DNA of 64,000 nucleotides from a virus. Below, piece by piece: positions 1 to 8,257 of this stretch (position 1 is its first letter; every line of letters begins with the position of its first letter). The translations under genes were made by a program, and so were the position numbers. The stretch spans positions 32,001 to 96,000 of IMG/VR virus record IMGVR_UViG_3300045988_076196; one strand, given 5' to 3'. The notes beneath the pieces were generated by a model, which saw only the letters and a program-made list of their open reading frames with translations, ran no database searches and was not told where the DNA came from.

Positions 1-80
1 TATCATACATTTATATAATTGTCAACATCAAATTTGAATTTTGGATAAGAATTTTTGAAATATATTTTAATTCTTAAAAA

Positions 81-540
81 ATGAGTTTTGATTTTTCAAA
101 TGATATTTACAATCTCACAAATCAATTTTCATTTTCCAACTCATGCATATATAGATATTTATATACATACACATATACAATAATAATAATCATTATCATT
201 TTCATATCCATTTGTACATACATATATCAGTCAATCAATGCATTAACACATCCATCTGCATATACATTTACATATTCATATGCAGATATATCTACATCAT
301 CATGCACATAAATGATGTAGATGCCAGTACACATGATATAGATAGATATATTTATAGATAATACGCGCCTTTATGTCTATAAATATAAACATTGCTTTCA
401 TGCACATATCACGATTTATATTAGCATCAAAGCCAACATCATTCACATTTTTCATATGAATATTCGCTCACATATCACATTTTTCGTGGGAGATTCGTGT
501 ACATTCACACATTTTTCCATCGTAAAATAATGTGTGATTG
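81..540. repeat. G-poor AT-rich low-complexity tract followed by two degenerate tandem units of about 62-66 nt
   Basis: Read directly. 81-320 has almost no G on the + strand. CACATATCAC occurs at 403-412 and 469-478, each followed about 35 nt later by ATTCACA(CA)TTTTT (441-452 and 503-516). Track ORF 81-311 is a low-complexity artefact. Confidence 0.5.
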
Positions 541-1005
541 TTAGTTGGCGGCTTGGCTATATGATATAAGGCGCGCAATCTGTGAGCGCAGATTTCACCA
601 TAGCCATATCACGCCACCTGTGCCGATTTGAGCCAAGTTTATATCCACCTTAAGCAAGATATGCCAACAGCCGATTCAAACCGCCACGAGCCAGCAAAGC
701 CGCCATATCCGTTTGTGCCGCGCGACCCTATTATATATATGCACATATTTGCCCGGGAAAATGATGATACTGTAATCCGCACACGCACACATGAGAAAAT
801 CAAGCTCGATTTTTTTCGCGCCAAGTCAGTATATGTACTGTATATTGCTGGGAAAAATATAAAAATTGTAAGGTGCGATTGTGCTTATGCCCGCTCGACA
901 CATCGATTTTTCACTTCATTTGAGCAAAGCATGGTGGGAAAATGTGGTAGTTAAAGCTGTCTAACCGTATCTGTAAAAAATGGAAATGGCCTGAAAAGTT
1001 AGAAT

Positions 1006-1022
1006 TTGTGCAGATTGCACAA
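1006..1022. promoter_or_regulatory. Palindrome TTGTGCA-GAT-TGCACAA, a possible protein-binding site
   Basis: Perfect 7-bp inverted arms with a 3-nt spacer in noncoding DNA, immediately after the shared 14-mer TGAAAAGTTAGAAT (992-1005). Confidence 0.3.
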
Positions 1023-1123
1023 TGTAAGCCCGTTTCGGTTGTGCATATTATATAATGTCAGTCTAGCAGCCCTGACGGCTTTATGCGGCGCAAACTATAC
1101 CGGGGATATAGGAACATAGGAAA

Positions 1124-1156
1124 GTAAAAAGCCCGTAGCGGTCAAACTACAGGCTT
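1124..1156 (-). terminator. Rho-independent terminator of the leftward operon
   Basis: On the minus strand, GCCUGUAG-loop-CUACGGGC is followed by UUUUUACUUU, directly downstream of the stop of CDS 1174-1485. Confidence 0.65.
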
Positions 1157-1173
1157 TAGGGTTGCTATTCGGT

Positions 1174-1485
1174 TCATGGCAGCAAATCATATCTATCATA
1201 TCGAGCCGACACAATCACATCATCATGCACGTCCTGAGTTCCCATATCGCAGAAAATACAAGTGATATCGTCCCCGGTCTCATAGTCTCCCGCGTCTGTA
1301 TCAAACGCATAGACCATACCACCCGAAGTCTGAATGGAAACGCGCTCCGTGTCTTGGTCTACTGTTTCAATCGCAATACAACGGCTTGCGTCTGCATAGA
1401 TTCCATATTTTAGGATATTAACATTCTTTTCTTTAGTGGAAAACAGTGCAGAAATTAACATTGCAATAGTGATAATGGCTTTCAT
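1174..1485 (-). CDS. Small secreted or membrane-anchored protein of unknown function
   Basis: ORF track. AAGGAG sits 9 nt upstream of the ATG. The N-terminus MKAIITIAMLISALFS is signal-peptide-like. Confidence 0.6.
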   Translation of the reverse strand: MKAIITIAMLISALFSTKEKNVNILKYGIYADASRCIAIETVDQDTERVSIQTSGGMVYAFDTDAGDYETGDDITCIFCDMGTQDVHDDVIVSARYDRYDLLP

Positions 1486-1592
1486 TTTATGTTACTCCTT
1501 CCATTTCTCAGCTGCTCAGCGCCTTTCTACGGGCTTTTCAGCGCGTCCGGCTATGTTTACTTGTCTTTTTTGTTTGCGGCGTGGCGGGCTTG

Positions 1593-1907
1593 CTATGCCG
1601 TCTCACCCGGCCAGAGTTCGCCTTTTACGTCATGCCATGAAATAAACACGTCGTTTATATCTTCCGTCCTAAAATAACGCGCGGGCGTTGTCTCCGTGCC
1701 GTCCGGCATGATAACAGATTTATTGCTATACTTCCCCCAGCTATCCGCCATTGCTTCGCGTTCCGTTTTATATACACGGTTCACAATAATAGATTTGTGA
1801 TATATATATGTCAAATTGTCCGACATCACGCGCGGCGTTCCGTGTTTTTCTTCGTCATATGCGCAAATATAGCGCCGCCCGTTCTCATACTTTCCATAAA
1901 ATAACAT
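1593..1907 (-). CDS. Hypothetical protein
   Basis: ORF track, with AAGGAGG upstream of the ATG, in a same-strand packed array. Confidence 0.55.
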   Translation of the reverse strand: MLFYGKYENGRRYICAYDEEKHGTPRVMSDNLTYIYHKSIIVNRVYKTEREAMADSWGKYSNKSVIMPDGTETTPARYFRTEDINDVFISWHDVKGELWPGETA

Positions 1908-1922
1908 TGTAAAATCCTCCTT

Positions 1923-2153
1923 TTATTTATAATTTTTTACAATAAAATCCATTGCTTCTTCTTCTTCTTCAGCGTCAAATGTCTTTACCTTATTTTTCCA
2001 GTTTTTACAAGTGTATGGATTTCCCGCCCATGCGACATAATAAGTTTGTTTAACACCTCTGCAATGCTTTTCCAAGATCCCGATATAACCGCCTTTTGCA
2101 TGAATATAATACGTATCAAAATAAGAGTTTCCTTGTCTATAAATCTTTTCCAT
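1923..2153 (-). CDS. Hypothetical protein
   Basis: ORF track, with AGGGAGG upstream of the ATG. The overlapping alternative-frame ORF 1985-2173 was rejected. Confidence 0.6.
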   Translation of the reverse strand: MEKIYRQGNSYFDTYYIHAKGGYIGILEKHCRGVKQTYYVAWAGNPYTCKNWKNKVKTFDAEEEEEAMDFIVKNYK

Positions 2154-2169
2154 GGTAAAATCCTCCCTT

Positions 2170-2379
2170 TCAAATTTTACAATTTTTAACAGATTGAACC
2201 CGGCTTGCCACCTTGTAAAAAAGTGGTAGAATCTCGACGGGTGCAGGCTTGTTTTTTGACGCTGGCAATAATTTACAAATTTTCAGATAGTCGCTATCAC
2301 TGTCAATATGGTAGTTTATGGAATCTGCCACTTTCTGAAGTTGGTAAAGTTTGGAATCCCAATATTTTACAGTGTGCAT
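2170..2379 (-). CDS. Hypothetical protein (start moved to an internal ATG)
   Basis: Track ORF 2170-2394 begins at a GTG. The ATG at 2379 has GGGAGGG 7 nt upstream. Confidence 0.5.
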   Translation of the reverse strand: MHTVKYWDSKLYQLQKVADSINYHIDSDSDYLKICKLLPASKNKPAPVEILPLFYKVASRVQSVKNCKI

Positions 2380-2409
2380 TCCATGCCCTCCCACGTCAAT
2401 TTACTATCA

Positions 2410-2601
2410 TTATTTTCCACCCATGCGAAAGCCACGGGGAGCGCTCCGTTTGTAAATTTCTGGAGCATGCCAGCCCTGCCAGTTGTCCCAATATTCCATA
2501 TTTTTCCGAGCAAGGCGTTTTGCTCCGGTCAGTGTCGGAGTAAATCCATAACAATATGACGCATACTGGCCGCCAATAATTGCAAAATTATTCTTTTTCA
2601 T
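2410..2601 (-). CDS. Hypothetical protein
   Basis: ORF track, with GGGAGG upstream of the ATG. Confidence 0.55.
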   Translation of the reverse strand: MKKNNFAIIGGQYASYCYGFTPTLTGAKRLARKNMEYWDNWQGWHAPEIYKRSAPRGFRMGGK

Positions 2602-2617
2602 AATTTTTACCTCCCAT

Positions 2618-2737
2618 TCAATTTACAATTTTTTCTATCAGATACGGAATCCAAAACAAGCTAGAAATTGCTACCAGACCGCCTAAAAACTGGAACGCCC
2701 AATATATAGGATTCAAACGGCGATTTTTCTTTTTCAT
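2618..2737 (-). CDS. 39-aa single-pass membrane peptide
   Basis: My own translation is MKKKNRRLNPIYWAFQFLGGLVAISSLFWIPYLIEKIVN. AAGGGG lies about 8 nt upstream. It is below the track's length cut-off. Confidence 0.4.
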   Translation of the reverse strand: MKKKNRRLNPIYWAFQFLGGLVAISSLFWIPYLIEKIVN

Positions 2738-2752
2738 AGTTTGCGCCCCTTT

Positions 2753-2932
2753 TCAATATGCAATTTCATTCGCTGAAATGATACGAACATACGCTTTTCC
2801 AGCGCTTGCATCTGCAAATATTTTAGCAAGTTGGCAGGCCGTTTCATAGTCGCAATCTAGCCACTGTTCGCCCATATCCCCGCGCCCCGTTTCTTTTTCG
2901 TTTACCCACGTCAACAAATAAGTAACTTTCAT
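2753..2932 (-). CDS. 59-aa hypothetical protein
   Basis: My own translation starts MKVTYLLTWVNEKETGRGDMGEQWLDCDYE. GAGG lies 9 nt upstream. It is below the track's cut-off. Confidence 0.45.
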   Translation of the reverse strand: MKVTYLLTWVNEKETGRGDMGEQWLDCDYETACQLAKIFADASAGKAYVRIISANEIAY

Positions 2933-3016
2933 AATTGTAAACCTCTTTTCATGTTTTTTTTGTTCATGGAATAGGGCTTTTTTAGCGGAAACCCTTTGGA
3001 AACCGCGCGGAAATGT

Positions 3017-3355
3017 TCAGCGTTCCATTTCCATATATTCTGCAATAATACTTTCAAGTTCGTCGCAGGCGTCCCAGTCAAGCGGATATTCTTCCCGGTC
3101 TCCGCCCCATGCGCAAACTACCGCGTGAAGTTCCGTATCAACATAGCAAGTCGGGCCGCCAAGCGTGACATATAGCCGAATGGCTTTAATCGTTTTTGTA
3201 CTGGTTAAAACAACCTCAAAATCAAGCGCGTCTGCTACATAGTCGTATAGACTCATTTTTTCTCTATCATCATTTTCTTCTTCCGTCGTGCCGTTGTAAA
3301 TGGCTTCAATCTCTTCTGCTACGCACTGCGCGTATTCTCTGCATTCTTTTTTCAT
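3017..3355 (-). CDS. Acidic hypothetical protein, first gene of the leftward operon
   Basis: ORF track, with AGGAGG upstream. The promoter at 3398-3426 is just upstream. Confidence 0.6.
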   Translation of the reverse strand: MKKECREYAQCVAEEIEAIYNGTTEEENDDREKMSLYDYVADALDFEVVLTSTKTIKAIRLYVTLGGPTCYVDTELHAVVCAWGGDREEYPLDWDACDELESIIAEYMEMER

Positions 3356-3397
3356 TTTTTATTCCTCCTAAAAAATGTTTTTTTTGTTTGTGTCTTA

Positions 3398-3426
3398 AGT
3401 ATAACCGATATTTTTTATAATGTCAA
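3398..3426 (-). promoter_or_regulatory. Sigma70-type promoter, TTGACA-N17-TATACT
   Basis: The minus strand reads TTGACA (3426-3421), a 17-nt spacer, then TATACT (3403-3398), about 35 nt upstream of the 3355 start. Confidence 0.5.
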
Positions 3427-3504
3427 TCGGCATATTACACAAATTTTAATTTGTTGTTTTGTTTATTTTTTTATAGCTCGGCGGGATTGCTCCCGCCTTG
3501 CTAG

Positions 3505-3645
3505 TTACTGTCTATCAATCCATTCTCTCGCGGCTTTCTCCGTTTCCGCCTTGATCACGATTTTGCCGCTTGCGTCCCGGATATAATAGACGTTTTCGGA
3601 TTCTTGGATCAAAAATCCTTTGTACTGTTCTTCCGTGGTGTTCAC
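3505..3645 (-). CDS. Possible 46-aa protein with an uncertain start codon
   Basis: The open frame encodes NTTEEQYKGFLIQESENVYYIRDASGKIVIKAETEKAAREWIDRQ. A near-full SD (AAGGGAGGTGA) overlaps the only candidate start, a GTG. A GC-rich GCAA-loop hairpin (3479-3496) lies downstream. Confidence 0.3.
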   Translation of the reverse strand: MNTTEEQYKGFLIQESENVYYIRDASGKIVIKAETEKAAREWIDRQ

Positions 3646-3699
3646 CTCCCTTGCATGGTTATATGATAACGCAGAGTCCCGGAAAAGTCAACCCGTCTA

Positions 3700-4900
3700 G
3701 TATAAAAATATTGCACAAATAAACGCGGCTGATTTTATACAAATTGACGAAACGGATATTATATATATTATAGTATATAATAGCTGGACAACGGCAAAAA
3801 GTCTATAATGCCACTGTGAGGCCGTACAAGCCATGTAGCGCCGTTTTTATGTCAAGACGTGCAATCATACGGCAAATAAAAGTATTCCGTTATACTCTTT
3901 TTATACAGTTTCAATATTCACTGTTTTAATAGTAAATAGCTATGATATACGCTTGAAAAGTTAGAATATACGATATTCTATTGATTATTGTATAGTTATT
4001 CTATGTATATACTGTATAAATATTCTTACTGTATATTGTTAGGAATGATTCCTATTATTATATGTTTTTATCGATAGATTGTATCGGTATAATTAGCTAT
4101 ATAGTGTACTGATTAGAATAGTTACAATATTATTATAAGTAGTTACATAGTAGTAACAGTATTTGAATATCGATAGAATTGTATTGAATGAGAGAATATG
4201 GAAGATTGTAAAGATATGGGAAATGGTAGTAAATGCGGTTTATTGGTATGGTAAATAGTGTTTACCAAAATGCGCATAATATGTAACGCGCGTTATATAA
4301 CAGTCGTTATATATCAATTGATTTTATCGTAGTAGTTACTTCGATTTTTTGAAGCATGGCCCGAAAACGGGCTATAAATGTTACAAAATTGTTACAAAAT
4401 TCAAATATCGGTGGAAAAGTGCTATTTTCAGGTGTTTTTGCTACTGACAGCATTTTCCATACCGGGGGCTAGGATATGGATGAAAATGGTAGAAATGGAA
4501 GAAACTGGCATTTAGCACAACAAATCACAGACCTTGTAATGCCTTATACATTTCAACAATATATACACCTCATAATATCTCACATATATAATTAGCAGCA
4601 AACCACATAATTATCAATCCATTTTAACTCAAAGCCAGTATATTAACTTTCTCAAAGTTAAATAACAAAATCAAAGTTATAATAATTTACAATTTGTTAA
4701 CAAATAGCAAATCAGAATGTAGTATAATTAGATAATGAGAATATGGCGATGTTGAAAATTGTCATATTTTATATAGGCAAAAGAGACTTGTACTTTCCGT
4801 GAATGTAATATAATACGTTAGTATTATCTAAGTGTCACGCAAAGTACAACTGAACGACCCTCAAAGTACAACTCTGTAACCATTTTGCAACTATTTAGAA
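3700..4900. repeat. About 1.2 kb of AT-rich, ORF-free, repeat-dense DNA; candidate origin or control region
   Basis: TATCGATAGA(A)TTGTAT occurs at about 4069 and about 4168. GTAGTTAC occurs twice. There is a tandem GTTACAAAATT x2 (4380-4401). AAATGGTAG occurs at 4221 and 4485. TGAAAAGTTAGAAT (3954-3967) is also found at 992-1005. Confidence 0.5.
4840..4873 (+). promoter_or_regulatory. Direct repeat CAAAGTACAACT x2, 22 nt apart, in the 5' leader of gene 4914
   Basis: Exact 12-mers at 4840-4851 and 4862-4873, downstream of a TATAAT at 4809-4814. Confidence 0.35.
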
Positions 4901-4913
4901 AAGGAGAAAAAAC

Positions 4914-5954
4914 ATGCCAAATAAACCAAAATATATGCCGTCCAATGAAGATGGCAAACTAATCAAAGCGCTGATTAGTATAGAAGGACGCGAATTGAAA
5001 TATCCAGAAATATGCAAAGCGCTCGATATCCCAACCAAAAGCGGCAACACCAAAATATCTCAGCTAGACAAAATTCGCAACTACTGTCAATTAGATACAG
5101 TAGATAATGTCTACCCAACTCGCTATATCGTTCAAGAGGTCTATCCTGAAGCAGACGCACTTATCAACGAGCTAGACAAAGATTCATATCAAGCCGCATT
5201 TGAGGCCGCCCTTTATCAAATATTCTTAAAGACAAATTGCGCCACCATATATGCGTCAACTAGCAACTTACTCAGAATGTTCCAAGAGGTCAATGATAAT
5301 TTCAGCTATACATATAGTCAAGCTGTAGAAAATTCAGAGCATTATGGATATATGAGCTTAGTCAACGGAATTGTATATAACATCCTAGCTCAATGGACAA
5401 GGCGCAAATTGCTTATCATGAAGAACCGCTACGTCATTGATCTAAATAGGGGTTATCGGCTCTATAAGCAACGGTTTAATCCAGAAGGAAAAGAAACATG
5501 GCTCGAAGCTTATGATGTGCCAGAAGATAGCGCAGATCATCAGACCTGCCTATCTATCTATTCTAAAGCCATCAACGAGATAATGCCGCCAAATTGGGGC
5601 AAGGTTATAGATAATAGAGTCTATAAGCCATATGTATCAACAGAGACATATAAAGCATTTGAAGCGCGACTTGCCCAATTAACCCAAGAGGCATTTGGCG
5701 GCGAATATGTTAAAGTCAAAGAGGTCTATATCATTAAGCCAGCCACAAAAGAATGGATTGCTAATCGGCTCTTAGATGTCTATGAGCATTATCCCAGCTT
5801 TGAGAAAATCAATAAAGAGGCTTGCACCAAGATTATTCAGACCAGCCAGCTTAGTTGTATTACAGGCAAACAGCGGCGCGAATTTGTTGACATCAATATG
5901 AGCAACAAGCAGAGCGACAGGCTCAAGGATTTGGTTACTAGTGAAAAGCAATAA
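4914..5954 (+). CDS. HTH-like DNA-binding protein; candidate initiator or regulator, function unproven
   Basis: ORF track, with AAGGAG upstream. The N-terminal segment LKYPEICKALDIPTKSGNTKISQLDKIRNY looks like a helix-turn-helix. It is the only rightward gene between two leftward blocks. Confidence 0.7.
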   Translation: MPNKPKYMPSNEDGKLIKALISIEGRELKYPEICKALDIPTKSGNTKISQLDKIRNYCQLDTVDNVYPTRYIVQEVYPEADALINELDKDSYQAAFEAALYQIFLKTNCATIYASTSNLLRMFQEVNDNFSYTYSQAVENSEHYGYMSLVNGIVYNILAQWTRRKLLIMKNRYVIDLNRGYRLYKQRFNPEGKETWLEAYDVPEDSADHQTCLSIYSKAINEIMPPNWGKVIDNRVYKPYVSTETYKAFEARLAQLTQEAFGGEYVKVKEVYIIKPATKEWIANRLLDVYEHYPSFEKINKEACTKIIQTSQLSCITGKQRREFVDINMSNKQSDRLKDLVTSEKQ

Positions 5955-5956
5955 AA

Positions 5957-6004
5957 AATCTGCCCCAATTTATTCCCTAAATATATAGGGTATTGGGGCA
6001 GATT
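5957..6004. terminator. Bidirectional terminator hairpin between convergent genes
   Basis: AATCTGCCCCAAT pairs with ATTGGGGCAGATT (13 bp), with a nested CCCTA/TAGGG stem. T-rich runs flank it on both strands. Confidence 0.7.
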
Positions 6005-6009
6005 TCTAT

Positions 6010-6330
6010 TTATTCTATTGCATTCCAAGTTGAATTTTCATTATTATAAATGGCTGGTGGGTCGCCTGTGGTCACATATGTTAATCCATCATACTCATAT
6101 TTTTGACCAGTACAAAATTCGGTGCTTCTCCAGTTTGTTGCATACTGCTTATATTTACAACTCATCTCAATATCTAAGTATTGAGTCCATGCGCCTTTAT
6201 AAAATTCTGCTAATTGTTTTTCTCTATCCTGCGCTTCTTCTTTGTATTTGCAGATATCACAATTCGAGCAACTATCACATACTGATACAACAACTTTATC
6301 ATTTAGTGACATATAATGTACCATCCTCAT
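6010..6330 (-). CDS. Cys-rich hypothetical protein (the start may be the internal ATG at 6312)
   Basis: ORF track. The protein contains CDSCSNCDIC. Confidence 0.55.
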   Translation of the reverse strand: MRMVHYMSLNDKVVVSVCDSCSNCDICKYKEEAQDREKQLAEFYKGAWTQYLDIEMSCKYKQYATNWRSTEFCTGQKYEYDGLTYVTTGDPPAIYNNENSTWNAIE

Positions 6331-6562
6331 TTAATCTTGGCGTGATAGCAGCGCCTCTAGGACGAGCATATGCTTCACCACCCACGACAATATAATTAAC
6401 ACCTGTTTCTTCATCTACTACTGTCAGCACATCATATAAGCCATTGGTGTTCTCAGCCCAAATCTTGACTGGACGATTCTGTTCTGCACCAACCATCGTA
6501 ATGCTGCAAGCACCAAGAACGATACATAAAACCATACAAGCGATAATTGCAATTCGTTTCAT
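6299..6562 (-). CDS. Putative lipoprotein
   Basis: AAAGGAG lies upstream. The signal sequence is MKRIAIIACMVLCIVLGAC, with a lipobox-like L-G-A-C. Confidence 0.6.
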   Translation of the reverse strand: MKRIAIIACMVLCIVLGACSITMVGAEQNRPVKIWAENTNGLYDVLTVVDEETGVNYIVVGGEAYARPRGAAITPRLNEDGTLYVTK

Positions 6563-6829
6563 CTATTCTTTCTCCTTTCGCTTCTCAATCACTTTCTTTA
6601 CTTTATCCTTACATTCATCAGGCACTCTATATTCATCTGCAAAGCCGCCCATTTCCATTAGATTATCTGGCTCGTCTCTGAACATCCTGAGAAAAGCCAT
6701 ATAATCCTTTCCGGTTGTTAGCTTATATGCTTTCATTTGTTGTTCACGACGCTCCAACCAATCCACTATATCACGCAACGCTTTACGATATGCTTTGATG
6801 TATTGCAGTGGGATTTCATCAGTATTCAT
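6563..6829 (-). CDS. Hypothetical protein
   Basis: ORF track, with overlapping start and stop with its neighbours. Confidence 0.55.
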   Translation of the reverse strand: MNTDEIPLQYIKAYRKALRDIVDWLERREQQMKAYKLTTGKDYMAFLRMFRDEPDNLMEMGGFADEYRVPDECKDKVKKVIEKRKEKE

Positions 6830-7170
6830 ACTGGTTTCATCAACATCAATGTTCCGCGCAAAATTCCATTATCCTCATATTCATATTTGATACAATTTCT
6901 ATCTTTGATACCTTCCATCAAGTCGTTGAAAATATGTGCTTTAGCCAGTTCTATGCTAACTTGTAGGTCGATATGCCCAATAGAATCAACACAATATTGT
7001 GATCTAATCATTTCAACAGGTCTTGTTATTTTAATAAGAGTTCGCTTATATTCATTACATTTGATACATGGCGCGACATAACCGCCCAGTTTTCTAATCA
7101 TCCAACGTTTGAATTTAGTCCACATTTTTCTATACTCTATAGTTACAAAATCCACTTGGTTTAGGGTCAT
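6826..7170 (-). CDS. Hypothetical protein
   Basis: ORF track, in a packed operon. Confidence 0.55.
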   Translation of the reverse strand: MTLNQVDFVTIEYRKMWTKFKRWMIRKLGGYVAPCIKCNEYKRTLIKITRPVEMIRSQYCVDSIGHIDLQVSIELAKAHIFNDLMEGIKDRNCIKYEYEDNGILRGTLMLMKPV

Positions 7171-7369
7171 CTAGTCCAAATCTATTAGAACAATACGGTA
7201 CGTTTTCATCGTTCATCCCAAAATATTCACAATCCTTACACCTAACAACTGGAACAGCGTCAACGGTCGAGCAATTTCACAGAAAGTTGAGGATGCTGTG
7301 TCGTTCTTTTGCATCAAGAATGTGTTCGGACACCCACTTGGCTTCTTCGTCAGCATCAATCAGCCGCAT
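7130..7369 (-). pseudogene. Small Cys-rich protein frame interrupted by one in-frame TGA (readthrough or pseudogene)
   Basis: My own translation is MRLIDADEEAKWVSEHILDAKERHSILNFL-TGA-NCSTVDAVPVVRCKDCEYFGMNDENVPYCSNRFGLDDPKPSGFCNYRV. The TGA is at 7279-7277, and there is no start codon for the conserved distal half. Confidence 0.4.
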
Positions 7370-7563
7370 TTATCAACTCCCCTATTCCATGCTTCGACCG
7401 CTTCAAGATATGCGTTCACGTTCCATGCCGTTTTCAGCGAAACGGATGTCCCGCATTTTCTACATTTTACTTTAAGTAGCATAATTTTCTTGCCGAAATT
7501 ACATGAACCTCCTATTTCGTCTACCTCCCCACCGCAAAACGGGCATGGTTTTAATTTAGCCAT
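7360..7563 (-). CDS. lar: Lar-like restriction alleviation protein
   Basis: 67 aa, with N-terminal KPCPFCGG, a second CxxC, and a C-terminal AWNR motif typical of the Lar family. Confidence 0.6.
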   Translation of the reverse strand: MAKLKPCPFCGGEVDEIGGSCNFGKKIMLLKVKCRKCGTSVSLKTAWNVNAYLEAVEAWNRGVDKCG

Positions 7564-7579
7564 TCGTCAATCAATCCTT

Positions 7580-8257
7580 TCAGCAATCAAACTCAAATAC
7601 GATGCGCACATCATCTTCTGTGCCGCCATCTGGAATAAGCTGTCTCAGCCCTTCCATCGTTTCATCATAGAACCAAGACGCGCATTCTCTATATGTAATT
7701 GGCGCAAAATAGCAAGCGGTATAATATTCCTTTGATTCGTCTCTTGGGTATTCACCATTGATTAAATCAACCATTTCTGGCTCGGTTAATTTGACAATGT
7801 TGCGTCCCCATATATCACCACTATAAGAATTTGGTTGCTTTCCTTTCATAATATAATCACGGTATGTGGCTTCGTCAACATAACCGTATTTTCTGTGCAA
7901 CTGCTCCCAATCATATTCGTGCAACTCTCTCAGTGTAAGCCAAGAGCCATAACCATATTCATCGCTAAACAACACGTCATTTTTAGACATATCATCAGGA
8001 TAACCCTTTAACTTCGAGATCGGCTTGAACCGTTCACCGGTTCTACATCCAGCAAATCCTTCTCCATTTCTAACTCCTGCCAAAATAGCAAACAAGTTAT
8101 AATTTCTACTATCATCAGGTTTACTCATATATTCTTCTGTTGCCCATTTCTTATCTGAAGCTGGGTTATAATATGGATTCTTAAAGACTTTGAAAGTTGA
8201 TAGCTCCCATGCACCATTACGCCGCACCTCGGCAATCATATTAATATCTGTTCCCAT
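7580..8257 (-). CDS. Hypothetical protein
   Basis: ORF track. It abuts the deaminase gene. I recognised no motif. Confidence 0.6.
   Translation of the reverse strand: MGTDINMIAEVRRNGAWELSTFKVFKNPYYNPASDKKWATEEYMSKPDDSRNYNLFAILAGVRNGEGFAGCRTGERFKPISKLKGYPDDMSKNDVLFSDEYGYGSWLTLRELHEYDWEQLHRKYGYVDEATYRDYIMKGKQPNSYSGDIWGRNIVKLTEPEMVDLINGEYPRDESKEYYTACYFAPITYRECASWFYDETMEGLRQLIPDGGTEDDVRIVFEFDC

Noticed and set aside
628-954. 108-aa ORF on the + strand, and its antisense partner 639-824, in the left noncoding region
   Set aside because: It has a TTG start with no SD and lies inside repeat-structured DNA. The composition is not protein-like and there is no operon context.
4359-4372. GCCCG-AAAA-CGGGC hairpin as a terminator
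   Set aside because: On the + strand the T-run comes before the stem rather than after it, and on the minus strand an A-run follows it. The hairpin therefore fits no canonical intrinsic terminator on either strand.
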